Shown here: positions 29,186 through 39,772 of the stretch, piece by piece | Layout: every line of letters begins with the position of its first letter | Numbering within the stretch: position 1 is the first letter of the stretch | Assembly: GCA_964387285.1 (NCBI GenBank) | Contig: CAYLWO010000023.1 | Location: forward strand, 948-64,947 | From: an uncultured Cytophagia bacterium | GTDB lineage: Bacteria > Zhuqueibacterota > Zhuqueibacteria > Residuimicrobiales > Residuimicrobiaceae | DNA: 64,000 nucleotides | Reading direction: 5' to 3' | The notes under the pieces: model-generated | Seen by the model: the letters and a program-made list of their open reading frames with translations, nothing else | The model's database searches: none | What the model was told of the DNA's origin: nothing | Position numbers and translations under genes: made by a program

Positions 29186-29214
29186 TTGACAATGAGCTGC
29201 GAAAGATATATATT
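29186..29214 (+). promoter_or_regulatory. Consensus sigma-70 promoter (TTGACA-17-TATATT) with a ~210-nt leader
   Basis: The -35 and -10 are perfect with a 17-nt spacer. The leader contains a hairpin GACGGCA-ataa-TGCCGTC followed by GTTTCT at 29270-29293. Confidence 0.45.
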
Positions 29215-29421
29215 TTAACATTCCTCTGCATCTGATTCTGCCCTCTTCCGGTTCGCATGCTGATTGTAAGACGGCAATAATGCCGTCGTTTCTGCCATGA
29301 CGTTGCATTTAGGGCAATAAGCCTCCTTACCCTACAGGGACGTCATTAAAGCTGTCCATCGTAATCGTTCCATGTACAATGAGCCCAAATACAATGTTCA
29401 ACCAATCAAGGAGAAAGCGCC

Positions 29422-32400
29422 ATGAAAAGAACGATAGCCCTTTACTCACTGTTCTTTTGCGTTTGGCTCACGGCTGCTGCCCGAGCCGACCTGGTACTGG
29501 AAAAAGTTTCCGAAATCGGGGGGATATCGACCTGCGTGCATGGCGCCAACAGCATGCTGGTTTTCAATGAAGGCAAGAATCTGGTTTTTTACTCGATCGA
29601 TGCTCCAGGCGCTTTTTCTCCTGTCAACCGGATATCTCTGGTGGATATGGTCACGGATGTGGTTATCAAGAACGGATTCTGTTATGCCCTGACAGACGAT
29701 GCCGGACTGTACGCAATCGATATCCGGGATCCCCATAACATGCAAATAACCGACATTGTCCAGGGCATTGCCAATGGCCGCGATCTGCAGATTGTTAAAG
29801 ATGCGTTGCTCGTTTCCGACAGTTCCGGCGTGCAGATTATTCAATGCTATAATCCCGCTGACCCGGAATGGCTCGAGTCGATTCATCTCAACGCAGGCGC
29901 CCTGGCCACAGCCTACGACCCGGTGAACAGTCAATTGTATGTGCTGGAAGACGGCTACGGCGTGCGCATCTATAATTTTGTCTTTCTCAACCAACCCCGC
30001 GAAGACGGTTCCTATGCCATCCCCGGTTACCTGGGCGGAACCGGCAAACTGGCTGTGAAGCAGACCTATCTGTATATTACCGATCCCTACAGCAACCAGC
30101 TCCGCGTCCTCAATGTCGCCAATCCACAATCCGTTCAGGCAGTGACAAATTTCGGCCCTGCCAAAACCACACCCTTTGATATCCAGATTTCCGCAAACCG
30201 CGCCTATCTTTCAGTGCTCAGCGGCGGTGTTTATGTTTTGGATATCACATATCCTTTGCAACTGAAATATTTGACCTTCATCGCCACCGGTGCTTCTCCC
30301 CGCGAATTGGCAGTGCTCGGAGATTTCCTGTGTGCGACCGATATCGCAGATAATCTGGTGATCATGAACCTCCAGAACTTGCAGGCTGTGCAAAAAATCG
30401 CCACGTTCCACAGCTGGATACCCATGGCAAAAAATGTAGCAGTTGACCAGCAAAAATTATTTGTCACTTCCATGAGCGGCGGCGTGCAAATGCTGGATGT
30501 TTTTGATCCCCTTCATCCTGGCTTTCTCGGCAGCTACCGCCACCATGGCCTGAACGCGCAAGCGGTTGTCGCGGAGAACGAAATCCTTTATCTCGCGGAT
30601 GACGATTCTGTGCATATCATCAACACCGCTGATCCTTCGCTCCCCCGGCGCAGCGGCTCCTTTTTCACCGGCGCGGCGCAATCCAATAGTTATATTGTGG
30701 CCATGAACAAATGGAACGAGCAACTTTTCCTGGCCTGTGGCGCTGCCGGTTTAAAGTTTGCCGATGTGCGGAATCCGGCTACAGCCCGCATAACCTCCAC
30801 TTATGATACACCCGCACTCTGTCGTGATCTTTTCGTCTGGCAGGATTACCTGGTCTATGCCGATTTTATCTCCACACAACTGGTCCGATACGCCGACCCG
30901 GCCAATGTGCAATTGATCAGCCAGGATGCAAACCGGCTTTCATACTGCGTCTGCAGAGAGAATGACTATGTACTCGTTGGCAGCGACAATCTGTATCTTT
31001 ATAAACTGGATGCAGCCAACCAAATGACCTTTGTCAGCGAGAGTCGTGATCGTTTTCCCTGCACGAAAATTGTTGCGCTGGAAGGCTATGCTTTTGCCGG
31101 AGGCGAACTCGGCATCTGTGCCTTTGATCTCCGCGATCCATATAATGTCAAGGCGGCATCATCCGTTTATCGCACCAAAGAACCTGTAAGCGATCTGGTT
31201 ATAAAGAACGGTTATATTTACGCAGCCCTGGGACAGGAAGGACTCGTCATTCTGTCAATAAAAGTCGATCAGCCAGCTACCCCTCCGACGGTGGTCATCA
31301 ATACCCAGGATGACGGTCCGGGATCCTTGCGGGCTGCTCTAGAGTATGCAAACAGCCATAAAGGCATGGATGCCATCCTTTTTGCAATTCCCAAGACCGA
31401 TCCGGGTTTTGATGCTCAACTCGGCGTGTGGCGAATCCAACCCTCAACTCCTTTCCCGCACATTACGGATGACAGCCTGGCGATTGCCGGTTCCAGTCAA
31501 CGTCAGTTTTTGTCGGAAGACGCCAATCCATTCGGTCCAGAGATTGTAATCGACGGCGCTGCCACCGCCGCATATGCGGGCAGCGGCTTTTACGCCCAGG
31601 GCGTGCAGCAGATTTATCTCACGGGCTTGAACATCTGCAATTTCAGCAGCGCCGGCATCAATTTTATAAACGTTGAACAGGCTCAGATTTCGGGTTGTTA
31701 TATCGGCACGGATCCGGTAGGAATGAAGGCCGCAGGCAATTCTCCTGGTATTCAGATCTGGCAGGGATGTCGCAATATCCAGGTCGTATCCGTATTGGGG
31801 GATACCAATATCGTCTCGGGCAACGACTATGCCGGCATTGCCATCATGCAGGATTCGAAACAGATTGCGCTTGTCGGCAACATCATTGGGTTGAACCGCA
31901 CCGGCCAGGCGACTCTGGGCAATAAATCATTCGGCGGCATTCGCATCACAAGTCAGTCAGACAGTAATTTTGTCTACCGGAACCGTATCGGCGGCAATCC
32001 CATGGGCATCGAAATTTCCGAATCGTCGAACAATGCCATATTCGATAACGTCATCGGCACCGACTCGACGCTGATAAAAAATCTGGGCAACAGCCTGTAC
32101 GGCATTTCCATTCGAGGTCAGGACAAGCCGGCGATGCAAAACATGCTCATGAACAACATCATCGGCTTTAACGGCCAGACTGGAGTCTATATTTCCGGCG
32201 CAAAAGCAATCGAGAACACCATAGCGAACAATATTTTTTATCGTAATAACGATCGGGGAATTGAAAACGTCGACGGCGGCAATAAAGAGCTGGCGCCGCC
32301 GGACCTGTATGACATCGATCAAAATAAAATACTGCACGGAAAAGGAGAACCCGAGCAATTTATTCAGGTATTCACCGACGACGGCCGCGAAGGCCAACGA

Positions 32401-32832
32401 TTGCTGTCCAGCGAACAGTGTGACGCTTCCGGCAACTTTTCCGTCGATCTCAAGGGTCTGAGTCTGTTGAAAAACATAACCGCGCTGGCCATGGACGCAA
32501 ACGGCAACACCTCCGAGTTCAGCGTCATGTTGGTGACGCTGGTTGAGCATGACGGGACAAGCGCTCCAATGGAATTTTATTTACAGCAGAACTATCCCAA
32601 TCCCTTTAATCCAACGACCTTCATCGGTTTTGGCGTAAAGAAAGCATGCCGCGTCCGACTGCGCGTCTACGATGTGCTCGGTCGCTGTGTTTTACAACTG
32701 GCGGATAGACGCTACGAACCCGGGCATTATCGGGTCCCGTGCGAGGCAAAGAGCTGGAGCAGCGGAGTTTATTTTTGCACCATTGAAATGGAGGAATTCC
32801 AGGCTACTCGTAAAATGATACTTATGCGGTAA
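29422..32832 (+). CDS. Secreted protein with N-terminal repeat (beta-propeller-like) region, a CSLREA-like beta-helix module and a T9SS C-terminal sorting domain
   Basis: It has a signal peptide. A GSLRAALEYAN motif lies near residue 640, followed by beta-helix repeats. The C-terminus (FYLQQNYPNPFNPTTFIGF...VYDVLGR) is T9SS-type. Confidence 0.8.
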   Translation: MKRTIALYSLFFCVWLTAAARADLVLEKVSEIGGISTCVHGANSMLVFNEGKNLVFYSIDAPGAFSPVNRISLVDMVTDVVIKNGFCYALTDDAGLYAIDIRDPHNMQITDIVQGIANGRDLQIVKDALLVSDSSGVQIIQCYNPADPEWLESIHLNAGALATAYDPVNSQLYVLEDGYGVRIYNFVFLNQPREDGSYAIPGYLGGTGKLAVKQTYLYITDPYSNQLRVLNVANPQSVQAVTNFGPAKTTPFDIQISANRAYLSVLSGGVYVLDITYPLQLKYLTFIATGASPRELAVLGDFLCATDIADNLVIMNLQNLQAVQKIATFHSWIPMAKNVAVDQQKLFVTSMSGGVQMLDVFDPLHPGFLGSYRHHGLNAQAVVAENEILYLADDDSVHIINTADPSLPRRSGSFFTGAAQSNSYIVAMNKWNEQLFLACGAAGLKFADVRNPATARITSTYDTPALCRDLFVWQDYLVYADFISTQLVRYADPANVQLISQDANRLSYCVCRENDYVLVGSDNLYLYKLDAANQMTFVSESRDRFPCTKIVALEGYAFAGGELGICAFDLRDPYNVKAASSVYRTKEPVSDLVIKNGYIYAALGQEGLVILSIKVDQPATPPTVVINTQDDGPGSLRAALEYANSHKGMDAILFAIPKTDPGFDAQLGVWRIQPSTPFPHITDDSLAIAGSSQRQFLSEDANPFGPEIVIDGAATAAYAGSGFYAQGVQQIYLTGLNICNFSSAGINFINVEQAQISGCYIGTDPVGMKAAGNSPGIQIWQGCRNIQVVSVLGDTNIVSGNDYAGIAIMQDSKQIALVGNIIGLNRTGQATLGNKSFGGIRITSQSDSNFVYRNRIGGNPMGIEISESSNNAIFDNVIGTDSTLIKNLGNSLYGISIRGQDKPAMQNMLMNNIIGFNGQTGVYISGAKAIENTIANNIFYRNNDRGIENVDGGNKELAPPDLYDIDQNKILHGKGEPEQFIQVFTDDGREGQRLLSSEQCDASGNFSVDLKGLSLLKNITALAMDANGNTSEFSVMLVTLVEHDGTSAPMEFYLQQNYPNPFNPTTFIGFGVKKACRVRLRVYDVLGRCVLQLADRRYEPGHYRVPCEAKSWSSGVYFCTIEMEEFQATRKMILMR

Positions 32833-33073
32833 AAAACAGAGGTTTTCCCTTTGTTGAAATAAGCGCCTATGGATTTTGCCGCATCGTCAAAAATTTCCAG
32901 TTTAAAAATCACCGGCCGGATGCCGTCGGTGCAGCAGGTGATCATGCTGTGCCGATGTACTGTTCGGCCAGGTCCTGATTGAGCGTTCGTTTAAGGACGG
33001 TGATTTTGCATTTTTTCATGGGTGATTTCTTCTGTGATATACTAGCCATCATCGGTGAGCACAGACCTCACAG

Positions 33074-33106
33074 GTTTTCGAAACCTGTGAGGTCTTGGAT
33101 TTGGTT
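33074..33106. repeat. 33-nt palindrome copy 2 (AGACCTCACAGGTTTT-C-GAAACCTGTGAGGTCT)
   Basis: It is identical to copy 1 except for the two central nucleotides. It lies between convergent gene ends. Confidence 0.8.
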
Positions 33107-33111
33107 TAAAC

Positions 33112-34359
33112 TCATAATTTTTGTCCCAAAGCCCGCAACGCGTTTTTAGCGCTTTCAGCGTTGTTATTCAAATGTAAAGCTTTCCGGTAATTTTTAATCG
33201 CCTGCAGCGTATCGCCGTTCGCCAGACAGGCTTCGCCGAGGCTGTCGTATACATTCCAAGAGTTGGGATAAAGTTCCACAGCTAAATTAAATGCGGCCAG
33301 AGCTGAGGCCAGATTTTTCTCAGCAAGATAACGGTAACCCAGAAGGTTTAACTCATATTCGGTCACATAATACTTTTCTTTTTCGGTCTTTATAATATCC
33401 AACACAGCGATACGAGCTGCTGTCGCTCCGGATTGACGCATCATATCGGCAAAAAAATCAGCCAGAGAGGATTTGTACTTTTTAATAATATTGGTATAAA
33501 TCATCTGGATCCATCGATTTGCATTCAACTCTGGAAACAACCTCCCGTCCCACGCATGCCAGTCCTTGAGTAGGTCCTGTTTCTGCATCTCCTCCATGCT
33601 CTGATTCGATTTAATACCCCGGGTGATAATATCCAGTGTTTTTTGCACCATATCCAGGTAAATTTTCAAATCCCGACGTTTAAGAACGCGATCATGGCCG
33701 GCTACGAAGACAATGTCATCGGAGAAATGATCATAAAGCCAGCCAATCGCACGAATCATAGCATGAACGTCTCCGGTGGCGGAAATGGAACCAAAGGAAT
33801 CCGGAATGATCAGATCGCCGACACAGACGATTTTCGCTTTGTGAAAATGCACCACCACATCGTGATGGGTGTGTCCGGGCAAATAGACGACATCGATGCG
33901 ATCATTGTTGAAATAGAGCGTCAGCGAATCTTGTAAGGTGATATCAGCCAGCTGTCCGGAAGGAAAATCCGGAATAGCCGCCAACCGTTCCCGTCCCAAC
34001 CGATGAGCGATGACGATCCCGCGTCCACGGAGCTCTGCATTGCCGTACGCGTGATCCAGATCCGTATGGGTATTGATGATGTAACGGACGTCGGTATGAC
34101 CGAGTGTTTGCAGCTCTTCCCAAACCGCGGCCGGCGAGTTCACAAAACCACGAGCAGGCCGGCTGTCATAGCCGGTATCCACCAATAACACGCCGTCCGG
34201 CCCGGTCATGACGAGGATGTTAACGATATCGTTTTCCACAAACCGGTAGACCGATTCCGTCAATTTGTCGGAAACGACCTGGCCGTTTTGCGGTTGCGCC
34301 GGGCAAACCGTGCAGGCTGAGCAAAAAATCGATAACAGCCAAAACCGCGTCTGTTTCAT
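33112..34359 (-). CDS. Exported MBL-fold metallo-hydrolase with C-terminal TPR repeats
   Basis: It has a signal peptide at the ATG at 34359 (MKQTRFWLLSIFCSA). The metal motif is THTDLDH, with downstream His/Asp residues, and C-terminal TPR-like repeats follow. The ORF track's upstream extension is unlikely. Confidence 0.7.
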   Translation of the reverse strand: MKQTRFWLLSIFCSACTVCPAQPQNGQVVSDKLTESVYRFVENDIVNILVMTGPDGVLLVDTGYDSRPARGFVNSPAAVWEELQTLGHTDVRYIINTHTDLDHAYGNAELRGRGIVIAHRLGRERLAAIPDFPSGQLADITLQDSLTLYFNNDRIDVVYLPGHTHHDVVVHFHKAKIVCVGDLIIPDSFGSISATGDVHAMIRAIGWLYDHFSDDIVFVAGHDRVLKRRDLKIYLDMVQKTLDIITRGIKSNQSMEEMQKQDLLKDWHAWDGRLFPELNANRWIQMIYTNIIKKYKSSLADFFADMMRQSGATAARIAVLDIIKTEKEKYYVTEYELNLLGYRYLAEKNLASALAAFNLAVELYPNSWNVYDSLGEACLANGDTLQAIKNYRKALHLNNNAESAKNALRALGQKL

Positions 34360-34471
34360 TACAGATCTCCTTAGAATTCGCTTGTTTTCCAAGGCAATAT
34401 AAATAAAATTTGCAACCGCCCAACCTGCATATATCGGCGTCAAAACCCGAAACCGCCCGGTTTGTACCGGT

Positions 34472-35101
34472 CTATTTCCGCGCGGACAAGCGCGACCGCA
34501 AAAATTCAACAGGATTCTCCATGCGTTCGTTCAGCTGTTTCCGATTATAACAGACCAGGGCAAAAGTTTTAAAAAAACGGCCGGGCAAAGCCCTGGTCGG
34601 TTCGGCCGGCAGCGGCCTTTTTTTCATAATTTCAAAATGAAAATGGTCGAACTGCCGGCCATATTTTTTCAGCTCTTTTTTGTTGAAATAGCGGGCTATG
34701 GGCTGCATGGGATTTACCGTATCACCTACGGCCATGTTGAGCGCCACCAGATGCTCATATACAGTCCAGAGCGTATCTTTTTCTACAATGTGCTCGACGA
34801 TGATCTGTGCGTAAGGACCGTCGTTGCGCAGGCTGATGATCTTGCCGCGATGCGCCGGATAGATCGGCTGATTGTCATAATCATCACTCGGTCGCAAAAT
34901 ATCGATGCCGGTATGGCAGTGTTTGGGAATGCCCGGACGCGCCTTGCGCATCAAACCGAATTGACCGATCTGCGTCAGTTTGATGCTGTCAACTGTAGTC
35001 GCATTTTTATACGCTGCAGGAACAAACCATTGCGCTTGCACCATTGTGGCAGAGAAAAAAAGAATACCCAACCATCTCATGCAGATCCTGCTCCTCTTCA
35101 A
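34472..35101 (-). CDS. M23-family (LytM-type) metallopeptidase, exported
   Basis: It has a signal peptide and the HxxxD (HCHTGIDI) and HxH (DHFHFEI) motifs. Confidence 0.75.
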   Translation of the reverse strand: MKRSRICMRWLGILFFSATMVQAQWFVPAAYKNATTVDSIKLTQIGQFGLMRKARPGIPKHCHTGIDILRPSDDYDNQPIYPAHRGKIISLRNDGPYAQIIVEHIVEKDTLWTVYEHLVALNMAVGDTVNPMQPIARYFNKKELKKYGRQFDHFHFEIMKKRPLPAEPTRALPGRFFKTFALVCYNRKQLNERMENPVEFLRSRLSARK

Positions 35102-35175
35102 CCAATGGCGAACACGGATCGGAACAGATAATAACAGTGCTAAAATCCGTTCAATCCGCGTTCGTTTTTCTCTGA

Positions 35176-36654
35176 CTATTTTTTCCCGGTCGGTAATTCC
35201 AAACCATACTTCTGTTGTTTATCAGCCCGCTTGAGCTGATAGGCGAGAAAAATCGAAACCACGCCCAGCACCACCAGCATGAGAATGGGCACGGTGTAAT
35301 CATAGGGCGGGATGGTTTTGTCCAGTTTGGCCTGCTCGATATAAGCAGCGACCTCTTCCAAACTTTTGCCGTTGTTCAGCATGGACTCCCTGATGCCCTG
35401 AATCTGCTTGACAATTTGCGGGTTCATAATATCGACCATCTTGCCAATGCCCCAGAAAAAGGCGGACAGTCCATAGTTCTGGATGGTGAACATGGTGGCA
35501 TAAGCCGTACCCAGCCGATTCTCGGCAACGATCTTGGCCACGGACGGCCACATGGCGGCCGGCACCAGAGAAAAAGCGACGCCCAGGCACAACAAGCCCA
35601 TATATCCCAAGAACAGACTGTTGAAAATCGACAGAGCCAGATGGGCAAAAATGAGCAACAGAGATCCGAGAATCATCAAACTGGCGGCCTTGCCCTTTTT
35701 ATCTACCAGAGTGCCGAAAATGGGTGTGAACAAGATGGTGCCGAGCGGAATGAGGCTGGTCACCTTGGGTCCGTTATGAAAAAAGGCGGTAATCTTTTGC
35801 CATAAAGTCATGCCGGTCAAATCCGGCATCGTGAGGGTGAAACCGAATTTGTTTACCAACAGATCCGGTGCGTATTGGATAAACGGGAACACAGCGGCGT
35901 AAAAAGCGACACAGAGCAGAGTGATAAAAATATAAGAACGATCGGTAATCAGATCGGTCAGATCCTTGAATCTAAATCCCTCCTCGTGCACCTCGGTCAC
36001 TTTACCGGCCAGTTCTTTTTCCCGACGGTCATATTTCACATCCATCATCAGGTAGGCTAAAAACATGATCAGCGCCACACCGATCAGAGAAGCGGCAAAG
36101 ACCAGACCGCTGTAGACGCTGCCACCGGCCACGTCGATGCCGAACAGATTGCAGCCGGCTGTGCCCAGACGACCGAACGCAACGTTAATGGCCATGGCCA
36201 GGGCCAGTTCATATCCTTTGAACCATTTGACAATCGTGCGGGAGCACATGACGCAAATAGTTTCCAACCCGGTGCCGAACAGCAAACGGCCGATGATCAT
36301 CCAGGTGAGCATGGTGTTTTTATCCTGACCGAAAAAGCCTTTGGACGCAAAAGCGACGATGAAAGCGCCGACTGTGGCCAACAGACCGAAAATGGTTCCG
36401 GTTTTTCGGATCCCCCATTTATCCAGGGCTATGCCGCCGACAATAATCATGAGCGCCATATTGGCCCAGGTGGTGGAAGATACCACCATGCCGAACTCGC
36501 TGCTGTCAAAACCCAATTGGCTTTCCATAAGGCCTTTCAGGGCGCCGAGGCAATCGTTAAACCAGTAGGTGCCAAAAGTCAATCCACTGACCAGAACCAG
36601 AGCAGTCCAGCGCAAGGCAGCCGATTCATTAAGCATTTTTTTAATTTGTTCCAT
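35176..36654 (-). CDS. MFS transporter
   Basis: It has 12-14 transmembrane helices with MFS loop motifs. The ATG at 36654 is preceded by GGAG. Confidence 0.8.
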   Translation of the reverse strand: MEQIKKMLNESAALRWTALVLVSGLTFGTYWFNDCLGALKGLMESQLGFDSSEFGMVVSSTTWANMALMIIVGGIALDKWGIRKTGTIFGLLATVGAFIVAFASKGFFGQDKNTMLTWMIIGRLLFGTGLETICVMCSRTIVKWFKGYELALAMAINVAFGRLGTAGCNLFGIDVAGGSVYSGLVFAASLIGVALIMFLAYLMMDVKYDRREKELAGKVTEVHEEGFRFKDLTDLITDRSYIFITLLCVAFYAAVFPFIQYAPDLLVNKFGFTLTMPDLTGMTLWQKITAFFHNGPKVTSLIPLGTILFTPIFGTLVDKKGKAASLMILGSLLLIFAHLALSIFNSLFLGYMGLLCLGVAFSLVPAAMWPSVAKIVAENRLGTAYATMFTIQNYGLSAFFWGIGKMVDIMNPQIVKQIQGIRESMLNNGKSLEEVAAYIEQAKLDKTIPPYDYTVPILMLVVLGVVSIFLAYQLKRADKQQKYGLELPTGKK

Positions 36655-36837
36655 GCACAACTCCTATGACATAGTAACAACAGTTTTCAAGAAAAGAATT
36701 TAGCAGAAAAAGTCGAATTGTAAACACTTATTTTACGGTAATCTTAAAACCTTGATTCTTTTAAAAGTTATTGCTAAATTATACTCTATTATTCTGCTTT
36801 AAAACATTATAAAAACACATAATAGGTACAAGGCATC

Positions 36838-37930
36838 ATGTTTGAAGATTTAAAAGTACGCAACAACGATTATCAGGAGCGCTTGCAAGCGCTCAGGAGG
36901 TCTCTTTGACATTGATCAAAAAGCGCAAGCCATAGAGACCCTGGAAGCCAAAACGCATCAAGCCAATTTCTGGAACAACAATGAAACGGCGCAAAAGGTT
37001 ATGCGCGAAATCACCGAGTTGCGCCAATGGGTGGACGCCTGGCAAAAATTGGAGAAACAGCGACACGACGCCGCTGACTTGCTCACGCTGGCAGAGGAAG
37101 AAGCGGACGAAGCCCTGGCCGCTGAATTGACTGCGGACCTGGATAAGCTGAATAAAGGCGTGGCTGACCTGGAATTCCGGCGCATGCTGGGCCATCCGGA
37201 AGACATCAAGAACGCCATCTTGACCATTCATCCCGGCGCCGGCGGCACAGAATCCCAGGACTGGGCACAGATGTTGATGCGCATGTATTCGCGCTATATA
37301 GAACGCAGCGGCTATGGTTCGGAAATCCTCGACCTGCAGGACGGCGAAGAAGCGGGCATCAAGAGCGTGTCCATTGAGGTGACCGGCAACTATGCCTACG
37401 GCTATTTGAAAGCCGAAGCCGGCGTGCATCGTCTGGTGCGCATCTCCCCTTTTGACGCCAACAAGCGGCGCCACACGTCCTTTGCCTCGGTGTTTGTCTA
37501 TCCGGAAATCGACAATGCGGTGGAAATCAATGTGGATGAAAAAGATCTGCGCATCGACACCTATCGTTCCAGCGGCGCCGGCGGTCAACATGTCAACAAA
37601 ACCAGCTCAGCCATTCGCATCACCCATATTCCGACCAACATTGTGGTGACCTGCCAAAACGAACGTTCGCAGCACCGCAACAAAGAGTCGGCCATGAAAA
37701 TATTGCTGTCGAAACTGTATCAAATGAAACTGGAAGAGGATGAAGCCAAGCGCGCCAAACTGGAGAGCACCAAGCGCGATATCGCCTGGGGCAGCCAGAT
37801 TCGCTCCTATGTATTTCACCCATATAACATGGTTAAAGATCATCGCACCGATCACGAAACCAGCAACATCTCATCGGTCATGGACGGCGATCTGGATGAT
37901 TTCATTCACGCCTATTTAATGCAGCACTAG
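36838..37930 (+). CDS. prfB: Peptide chain release factor 2 with programmed +1 ribosomal frameshift (ORF0 36838-36906 joined to 36908-37930)
   Basis: The sequence AGGAGG TCT CTT TGA C lies at 36895-36910: an SD-like element 3 nt before CUU, followed by an in-frame UGA. The downstream frame encodes RF2 with the GGQ motif (SGAGGQHVNKT) and an SPF-type stop-recognition region. Confidence 0.9.
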
Positions 37931-37941
37931 AGGACGCGGTC

Positions 37942-39066
37942 ATGCAACAAACCATTGCCAAAGTGGATCTGTCAGCGATCGCCTTTAATCTGCAGGGCAT
38001 TAAATGTAAAGTAGGGCCGGCAAAAATCATGGCCGTGGTCAAGGCCAATGCTTACGGACACGGCAGCCTAACCATCAGCCGCACCGCGCTGGAGCAAGGA
38101 TGCAGCTATCTGGCTGTCGCACGTGTTGATGAAGCTATCGAATTGCGCAAAGCCGGCATTGAAGCGCCCATTCTGGTATTCGGCGGATTCTCTCATGACG
38201 ACACCTTTTTTATTCCGCGGTTCGATATTGAGGCCACTGTTTTCGATGAAGCCGGCCTGCGCCGGTTGGCTGCAGCAGCCAAACAAGCCGGACGACCGGT
38301 GCGCGTGCACGTTAAAATCGATACCGGCATGGGTCGATTGGGTGTGGACTGGCAACAGGCATGGCCATTTATCCGGCAATTGTTAAAATATAAAGAACTG
38401 CCGCTGCAAGGGCTCTATAGCCATTTTGCCACTGCAGACAGTCTGGACAAAAGCTATGCCGAGCTGCAACTGGAACGCTTCAAGATTTGCATCAATCAAT
38501 TAGCAGCGGAAGGGATCCAGGTCCCGATTAAACACATTGCCAACTCGGGCGCAATCCTGGACATGCCGGACAGTTATTTCGATATGGTGCGGCCGGGCAT
38601 CATGATGTACGGTTATTATCCCACTCGCGAGACTACTGAAAGCGTGGCCCTGCGACCGGCCATGACTTTGCAAACGCAAGTGGCGCAGGTCAAAACCATC
38701 GAACGGGGCGAGAGCGTCAGTTATGGACGATTGTTCATTGCCAAGGAGAAAACCCGCATCGCCACCCTGCCGGTGGGTTATGCCGACGGTTATAATCGGC
38801 TGCTGACCAATTGCGGCGAAGTACTGATTAATGGCAAAAAATTTCCCCTTGTCGGTCGTGTGTGCATGGATTTGATTATGGCTGATGTCAGCTCTGATCC
38901 TGACATAAGCAGCGGCGATGAAGCGGTGTTGTTCGGCGAGCAAGCGGGAGAATGGATTACCGTGGATTCCATTTGTGAAAAACTGCACACCATCCCCTAC
39001 GAGATCACCTGCTGGGTGGCTAAACGGGTGCCGAGAGTATATATGAACAGCGGAAAGCTTGAATAA
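37942..39066 (+). CDS. alr: Alanine racemase
   Basis: It has the PLP-lysine motif VVKANAYGHG and is the typical 374-aa length. Confidence 0.9.
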   Translation: MQQTIAKVDLSAIAFNLQGIKCKVGPAKIMAVVKANAYGHGSLTISRTALEQGCSYLAVARVDEAIELRKAGIEAPILVFGGFSHDDTFFIPRFDIEATVFDEAGLRRLAAAAKQAGRPVRVHVKIDTGMGRLGVDWQQAWPFIRQLLKYKELPLQGLYSHFATADSLDKSYAELQLERFKICINQLAAEGIQVPIKHIANSGAILDMPDSYFDMVRPGIMMYGYYPTRETTESVALRPAMTLQTQVAQVKTIERGESVSYGRLFIAKEKTRIATLPVGYADGYNRLLTNCGEVLINGKKFPLVGRVCMDLIMADVSSDPDISSGDEAVLFGEQAGEWITVDSICEKLHTIPYEITCWVAKRVPRVYMNSGKLE

Positions 39067-39147
39067 AAGCGAACGCGGATTAAACGGATCTGACGGATTT
39101 ACACGGATAAAAATAATTTACGCAGATTAACGCTCTATCTTTCATTA

Positions 39148-39172
39148 TTCGTGTCCATTCGTGTAATTCGTG
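39148..39172. promoter_or_regulatory. Three direct TTCGTG repeats spaced 10 and 9 bp, in an AT-rich intergenic region
   Basis: The sequence reads ATTCGTGTCCATTCGTGTAATTCGTGG. The helical-phase spacing suggests a protein-binding array. Confidence 0.25.
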
Positions 39173-39541
39173 GTTTTTAAACCGAACTCAATAATATGAA
39201 ATTAAATGACGTTGTACTGACCGTGGAAGTGGATCGAATAATATTAATATACGAGGACTGCCGTTATCGATTCCGGGAATCTTCAACGACTGTCTTTGGC
39301 AGGCCGAAGGATCTGTTCGCGTCGCTGTTTTAGCCGCCATGCTCGGAACAAGCGGCGAACAGATGCTTCGCCGCTTTGAGTGATCGCATAGTATAAAAAT
39401 AATTTTATTTTGCGGCTCAGCATGACAATGAGTATGCAAAAACTTAACAACAGTCTTAAAAGATGACTGACATGAAATACCAATTCATCTGAGTGGGGGC
39501 ACTGATCGCTCTATGTCAGTCTTTATAAAACGGACAACCAT

Positions 39542-39772
39542 ATGCCGGAACAAATTAAAAAATGGGTTGAAACCTGGCACAAGGCCGGCAAGGCTTTAGA
39601 AGAAGAAAAGATTCGGGAATTGACCGATCCACACTATTATGAAAAGCATCTGCCGGGATTAAACGCGCTGCTGCAATATGCCTATGAGCACCGTGTGGAA
39701 CGAACAACAACCGGTCTGATAGAATGGCAAAAAATTGTAAAAAAAATTCATGAAAGCAGACAGGACAACTAA
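39542..39772 (+). CDS. Hypothetical small protein (76 aa), overlaps start of next ORF
   Basis: The ORF is listed in the track. It overlaps the downstream nucleotidyltransferase-like ORF by 23 nt, and I recognise no similarity. Confidence 0.3.
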   Translation: MPEQIKKWVETWHKAGKALEEEKIRELTDPHYYEKHLPGLNALLQYAYEHRVERTTTGLIEWQKIVKKIHESRQDN

